Shown here piece after piece: positions 59,148 to 64,000 of a DNA stretch of 64,000 bases (positions are counted from its first letter, which is position 1; each line of letters starts with the position of its first letter). The DNA comes from Salpingoeca rosetta (lineage: Eukaryota > Protista > Choanoflagellata): contig JAWQFM010000003.1 in the NCBI GenBank assembly GCA_033442325.1, positions 1,718,226 to 1,782,225 of the forward strand, read 5' to 3'. Below the pieces are notes generated by a model. The model ran no database searches. It saw only the letters and a program-made list of their open reading frames with translations, and had not been told where the DNA came from. Position numbers and translations under genes: made by a program.

Positions 59148-61772
59148 CTAAAACCGCGACTTGCGAATCACGTTCGGCTTCCAGTCGAGGGGATGTGTCT
59201 CTTCCGTCTGCTCCAACACCAACAACAACGCGCACATCAACACAACACATGCAATTGTGAGAAAGGTACTCTCGTGTTCAAACAGAGGAACTGGGAAGGG
59301 GGATCCACTCAGCACACGCAGTAGAGGCATGAACGACGATGACACATGCATGCGATCAGGTCGTAGTTTTACGCACGGAGTCTGGGTCCTCCTTGTAGAT
59401 TTTGATTGTCTTGTCGGCCTCTGCTGTGAGAAGGCGGCTGTAACTCTTGTCAAAGGCAAGACCAAAGATGCCACTCTCGCTGTCCAGCGAGCCTGTAACG
59501 ACACACACGCGTAAGTTGAGGTGAGCTGATGTGCTGAAGCGTGGGGGAAGAGGCTCCGTACTGGTACAACAACACAAAGTAAGCACACACATAGGGCTTA
59601 CACGCACACACGCTTACACGCACGCACATACACGCACACGCACACGCACACGCATACACACGCATACGCATACACACGCACACCTGGCTGGGGCGGCGTC
59701 TCAATGTCCTGGAAGCGGTATCCTGTGCGGTAGTCCCAGAAGCTGAGGCTGCCGTTGTCTGCACCCGACACCATCACTCCGCTCGGGTTGACGGCCAGGG
59801 AGTTGATGATCGCCGTGTGCCCGCCAAGGTTCTGGATGAACTCGCCCTTGGGCAGATACCACTGCTTGATGTTGTCCGACGCGCCTGACACAAACGTAAA
59901 CCTGACGCACACAAGCACACGTGCGATGGTAAAAGAGGAGGTAATAGAGAAAGAGGGGGGGGGGAGAAGGGAGTGAGCTGAGACCGTGTGTTGACAAAAG
60001 AGTAGGCACATATACACATGCAAGTGTGTGTGTGTGTGAAGGCGTGTGAAGGTGTGTGTGTGTATGTGTGAAGGCGTGTGAAGGTGTGTGAAGGTGTGTA
60101 ATGCGTACTCTTTTGGGTGTTTTGCGAGTGCGCGGACGCTCTTCTTGTGGTTTGTGAGCTGCGCCATGCAGCGGCCAGCACGAATGTCCCACAGCCGAAT
60201 CGTCGAATCGTGTGACCCTGGCACAGCGGTGGGGTGCAGTGTTTGTATGATGGAAAGGGGGGGGGGCACGGGTGAGCACGTGACAAGATCAACACGCGAG
60301 AGCCCCCACACGGGCACCAACATCATGCTGTGTCATCTTCACCACCACCATCACCATCACCATCACCACGATGGCTGCACCTGAGATGACTTGCGGGTCG
60401 ACGGGCTCTGTCTCAAGGGAGGCGACCGTGTTGGTGTGCCCGGACAGGCAGTGGATCTGCGCCTTTGTTCGCATATCCCACAACTGCACACACACGCACG
60501 CACACACACACACACACACGCACGCACACACATAACACGGGTGACAAACAGGGGGAGGAGGGGAAATTGCATGGTGTCAGTGGCGAGCACAGCCATGGGT
60601 GGGCGCGTGAGCGAGAGAAAATGTTGTAGTGACGCTGATACACAAAACGACAAGAGCAAGTAGCGGAAGAAAGGAGAACAAGATGACGACGAGAAGATAA
60701 TGGATGAAGATGCTTCTAAAGGAGATGTGGTGTTTGCACACGATTACAAAGGCTTGGTGTGCTGGCCCAAACCAACACCTGTACTGTGCATCATTGGTGT
60801 TGCCATGGTCAACATCACCACCACGTCCACCATGATGGCGAGTGTTGTGGTGGTCGGGAGGAGTGTGCCGCGAGGGCAAGTGGGAGAGGAGTGATCATGA
60901 CACAACAGCACCAGCGAGCGACAAAACCGCCCCTGATGTGCATGTGTTCGCACTCTCAAACCAGCTCATGCATACGATGAGCAGCCACAAATCCAAACAA
61001 GCACACGCAGAGACAACAACAACAACATTGCACAAACGCTCCTCCTGACAACATGGCGTAAGCAGACAGAAAGAAAGAGAAGGAAAGAAAGAAAGAAAGA
61101 AAGAGGGAGAGTGTGTGTGTGTGTGCGTGTATGTGCGCGTGTGTGCGTGTGTTGCGGACTACACACCCGCACTGTTGAGTCGCGACCGCCTGTGAAGAGG
61201 ACGTCCAGCGTTGGATGCAATTTCAGCGCATACACGCCGCTACAAAAACGCATATGCGCACGTGCACGTGCACAAGTGAGTGGGCAATCTGTGCACCGTT
61301 GTGGACATCTCCTTTCCTTTCCCTTCTTCCTCCTCCACCTTCGCATTCTATTCTTTCACCTTCCTCGATAGCCCCCCCCCCGGCTCTTTCCACGCTCAGT
61401 ATCACACCTGAGGTGTCCGTGGTAGTGGCGAATGACCTTGTTCTGCTCCAGGTCCCAGCACCGCACCATCTTGTCTTCGCCAACGGAGAACAGGTACGGG
61501 TGACGCGGGCTGACCTCAAGACCGCGGACTGTGCTAATGTGGCCCGTCAGCGTCAGCTTCAGGGTCCCCGATGCAAGGTCCCAGATCTTGATGGTGCGGT
61601 CAGCAGACCCTGAGGTGTGTGTACGTGTGTGTTTATGTGTGCATGTGTTGTGTGTGTGTGATTATCATGTGAGATTGAGCAGGGTGATGGATTGGTGATG
61701 GAGAACGAGGCGACATGAGAGGAGCGGAGAGAGTGGAAATGATCCGAGGGTGGAACACAGCGCAAGTACACG

Positions 61773-61843
<71 letters not shown>

Positions 61844-63038
61844 CGCATTCAAACCACACGCAGACAACATGTGCGCACCTGAGACAAACCACTGGTTCTT
61901 TGGCTCGACGGCCAAGCAGCGAACCCAGCCGGTGTGACCGCTGATGACACGGAAGAGCTTCCAGTGCGGATGCCACTGGGGCTTTGGCATTGTCGGCGCC
62001 CTTTGTCTCAGCACAAGCTCCTTTGTCATGGGCTGCTTCTTCTGTGTCTGCAATAGCAATAGCAAGTGCAGAAAACACAACGAAAGACCGCGACAAGCGT
62101 CAGCAAACAAACACGGTGTACAGGCGCAGCGTGAAGTGCAGCACGCAAGCACCACGACCAAACAAGCGACTGCTGTAAGCCGTGCCAGTAAATGAGGTGG
62201 GTGCGCAACTGACATCAGACACGAGGGCGAGTGCCGAGCTGGGTTCCTTGCCCGTCTTCTTGCTGCATGGTGGATGGGACGGCAGAGGAGTGAAAGTTAG
62301 AAAATGCGCGTGTGCGTGTGTGCGTGTGTGTGTATGTGTGTGTATGTGTGTATGTGTGTCTGTTTGGAGGAGCTGTTGGACAGATGCAGACAGTTGGCAG
62401 CTGGATATTGTCGTTGGTGTTCATGCATTCGCACACAAGAGCAGTGACGCACCCTTCAAGAACATCTGTAGGTTTGATGGAGGGTCTTGCAGGGCCCGGG
62501 CCAGATGCTGCACCCTTTGCTTTCTTCTTCAAGGCCGCTGGTGGTGGCAGGTGCATCACCGATGCGTACTCATCCATCTTCTTGCATGCCAGCTTGGCCG
62601 GACGGCTATGACAACAACGCACATGTCACACAACAGCAACGTCAGTGCTGACAACGCTGGCCAAACAAAAACACAAACAGCCACAGGGACACTGGCGTGC
62701 GTGCAGAATTGTACTCCCACCAACGTGCATGCAGAATGAAACTCCCACTCACGTGCACGGCACACACACACACATACATACATACACACACACACGCACA
62801 CGCACACACACACGCACACGCACACGCACACGCACATAGATACATACGCACAGACACAGACACAGACACAGACACAGACACAGACACAGACACAGACACA
62901 GACACAGACACAAAACACATATCAGCAGCACCTGAGGTCGCCGTCTGACGGCCGCTTTGCGTAGTCTGACACAAACATGTCCTTTGTGCGCTTGATGGAC
63001 CTGAACGTGTGCTGGTCCATGCTCGTTCCCCCCTCCAT
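59148..63038 (-). CDS. PLRG1: Pleiotropic regulator 1 (Prp46; NTC spliceosome WD40 protein)
   Basis: [13 protein letters not shown]; [24 protein letters not shown]; [14 protein letters not shown]; [12 protein letters not shown]; [10 protein letters not shown]; [12 protein letters not shown]; [17 protein letters not shown]; [11 protein letters not shown]...RF-stop. Confidence 0.97.
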
Positions 63039-63344
63039 GATCGTCGATGCCAGTGGGATGAGGCAGGTGGTGCTCGTTGGTGGTTGTGGTTGTGGTGCAG
63101 AAGAAGATCGTTCGCGGAAATTTATGCAAATCATTCAACACAATTCACCAGAGGCAGGGCAAGCGGGAAGATGAAGGAGCCACTCACACTCACTCACTCT
63201 CTCTCTCAGTCACACACACACACTCACACACACACACTCACACACACTCTCTCTCTCACAATCACTCACTCACTCACTCACTCACAAACACGCGCGCACA
63301 CACACACAAACACACACACACACACACGATGCACACAATGAAGG

Positions 63345-64000
63345 TCAGGCATCGGAAGGCTGCTCTGTGAAGCTGATGTAGGTGCGCGTGCTTGCAGCAC
63401 GACCAGAGGACGTGGTTGTGCACGACCACGTGGAGGGACGAGCAGCCAATGTTGGCAAGCCACGGCTGCGCAGAATTTGCTCCAGTGCGTCAGCCACAGA
63501 CGCGCGTGTGCTGGCGTCAGCCCCGTCTTCGACCTTGCTCTTGCTCTTGCGTTGTGTTGCCTCGCTATTGCGCTCATCATGCGTCGCACCACGACCCACG
63601 CCATCGCCGCTGTTGATGTGGCAGCAGGAAGAATACAGTTCAGTTTCACGGAGCATGTCGGCGAGCTGTGCTTCGGATGGAGGCGGCGGCAGCGGTGGAC
63701 TGGCATCCAAGAAAGAAGCACTCGCACCACCTCCTTTCTGCGGTGTCGCAACGTGCTGCTGCTGGTTGCTGTGGTCCTGGTTCTCTCGCTCACAGTCGCT
63801 TGTCTTGTCGTCGGCAGCATCTGTCGCTGAATAGGCAAGCTGCTCCTCCCAGTGTTGTGCTGCAGGGCGCGCGTGCGTTCGTCGTGGCGGCGTCGGTGGC
63901 GGTGGCGGTGGTGGTCGCCGCTGCCTCCTGTGTCGTGGGGCAGTCGCGGGTGGTGGGGATGCTGCCACGCTGTTGACTGGACCCGGCTGGTGTTGCTGTA
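63345..64000 (-). CDS. 3' part of an unknown gene (low-complexity Pro/Ser/Ala-rich C-terminus), entering from beyond the window end
   Basis: Minus frame open from the window end to the stop at 63345 and free of microsatellites; no recognisable domain. Confidence 0.55.
   Translation of the reverse strand, partial: QQHQPGPVNSVAASPPPATAPRHRRQRRPPPPPPPTPPRRTHARPAAQHWEEQLAYSATDAADDKTSDCERENQDHSNQQQHVATPQKGGGASASFLDASPPLPPPPSEAQLADMLRETELYSSCCHINSGDGVGRGATHDERNSEATQRKSKSKVEDGADASTRASVADALEQILRSRGLPTLAARPSTWSCTTTSSGRAASTRTYISFTEQPSDA

Overview
Gene-dense, intron-rich eukaryotic DNA, with no prokaryotic features, RNA genes, CRISPR arrays or transposases recognised. Short GT-AG introns full of (GT)n/(CA)n/(TGAG)n microsatellites, plus animal-like gene content, suggest a choanoflagellate such as Salpingoeca rosetta; this is inference and was not verified. 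Manual exon stitching gives 16 protein-coding genes: POMT1-like O-mannosyltransferase (-, partial), TM2D1-like (+), an intronless LamG/furin-repeat type I membrane protein (-), ZDHHC6 (-), TCERG1 (-), C6orf136/DUF2358 (+), H6PD-like (-), WDR48 (+), a Vps10/sortilin receptor (-), GALNT (+), an ATRIP-like protein (-), rabenosyn-5 (+), TRAF7 (-), an SNX9-like SH3-BAR protein (+), PLRG1 (-) and a partial unknown gene (-). Twelve of these genes form six tight head-to-head pairs. Most notable protein-level observations: a sortilin with a PA domain inserted in its propeller; a secreted H6PD that lacks the lactonase domain, ends in HADEL and overlaps the neighbouring CDS; an SNX9 relative with no PX domain; and an identical tandem 64-nt exon. 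At the intron level, microsatellites replace polypyrimidine tracts, force distant branch points and multiply splice-site motifs. Gene coordinates are start to stop spanning introns. Most ORFs in the supplied track are microsatellite artefacts.
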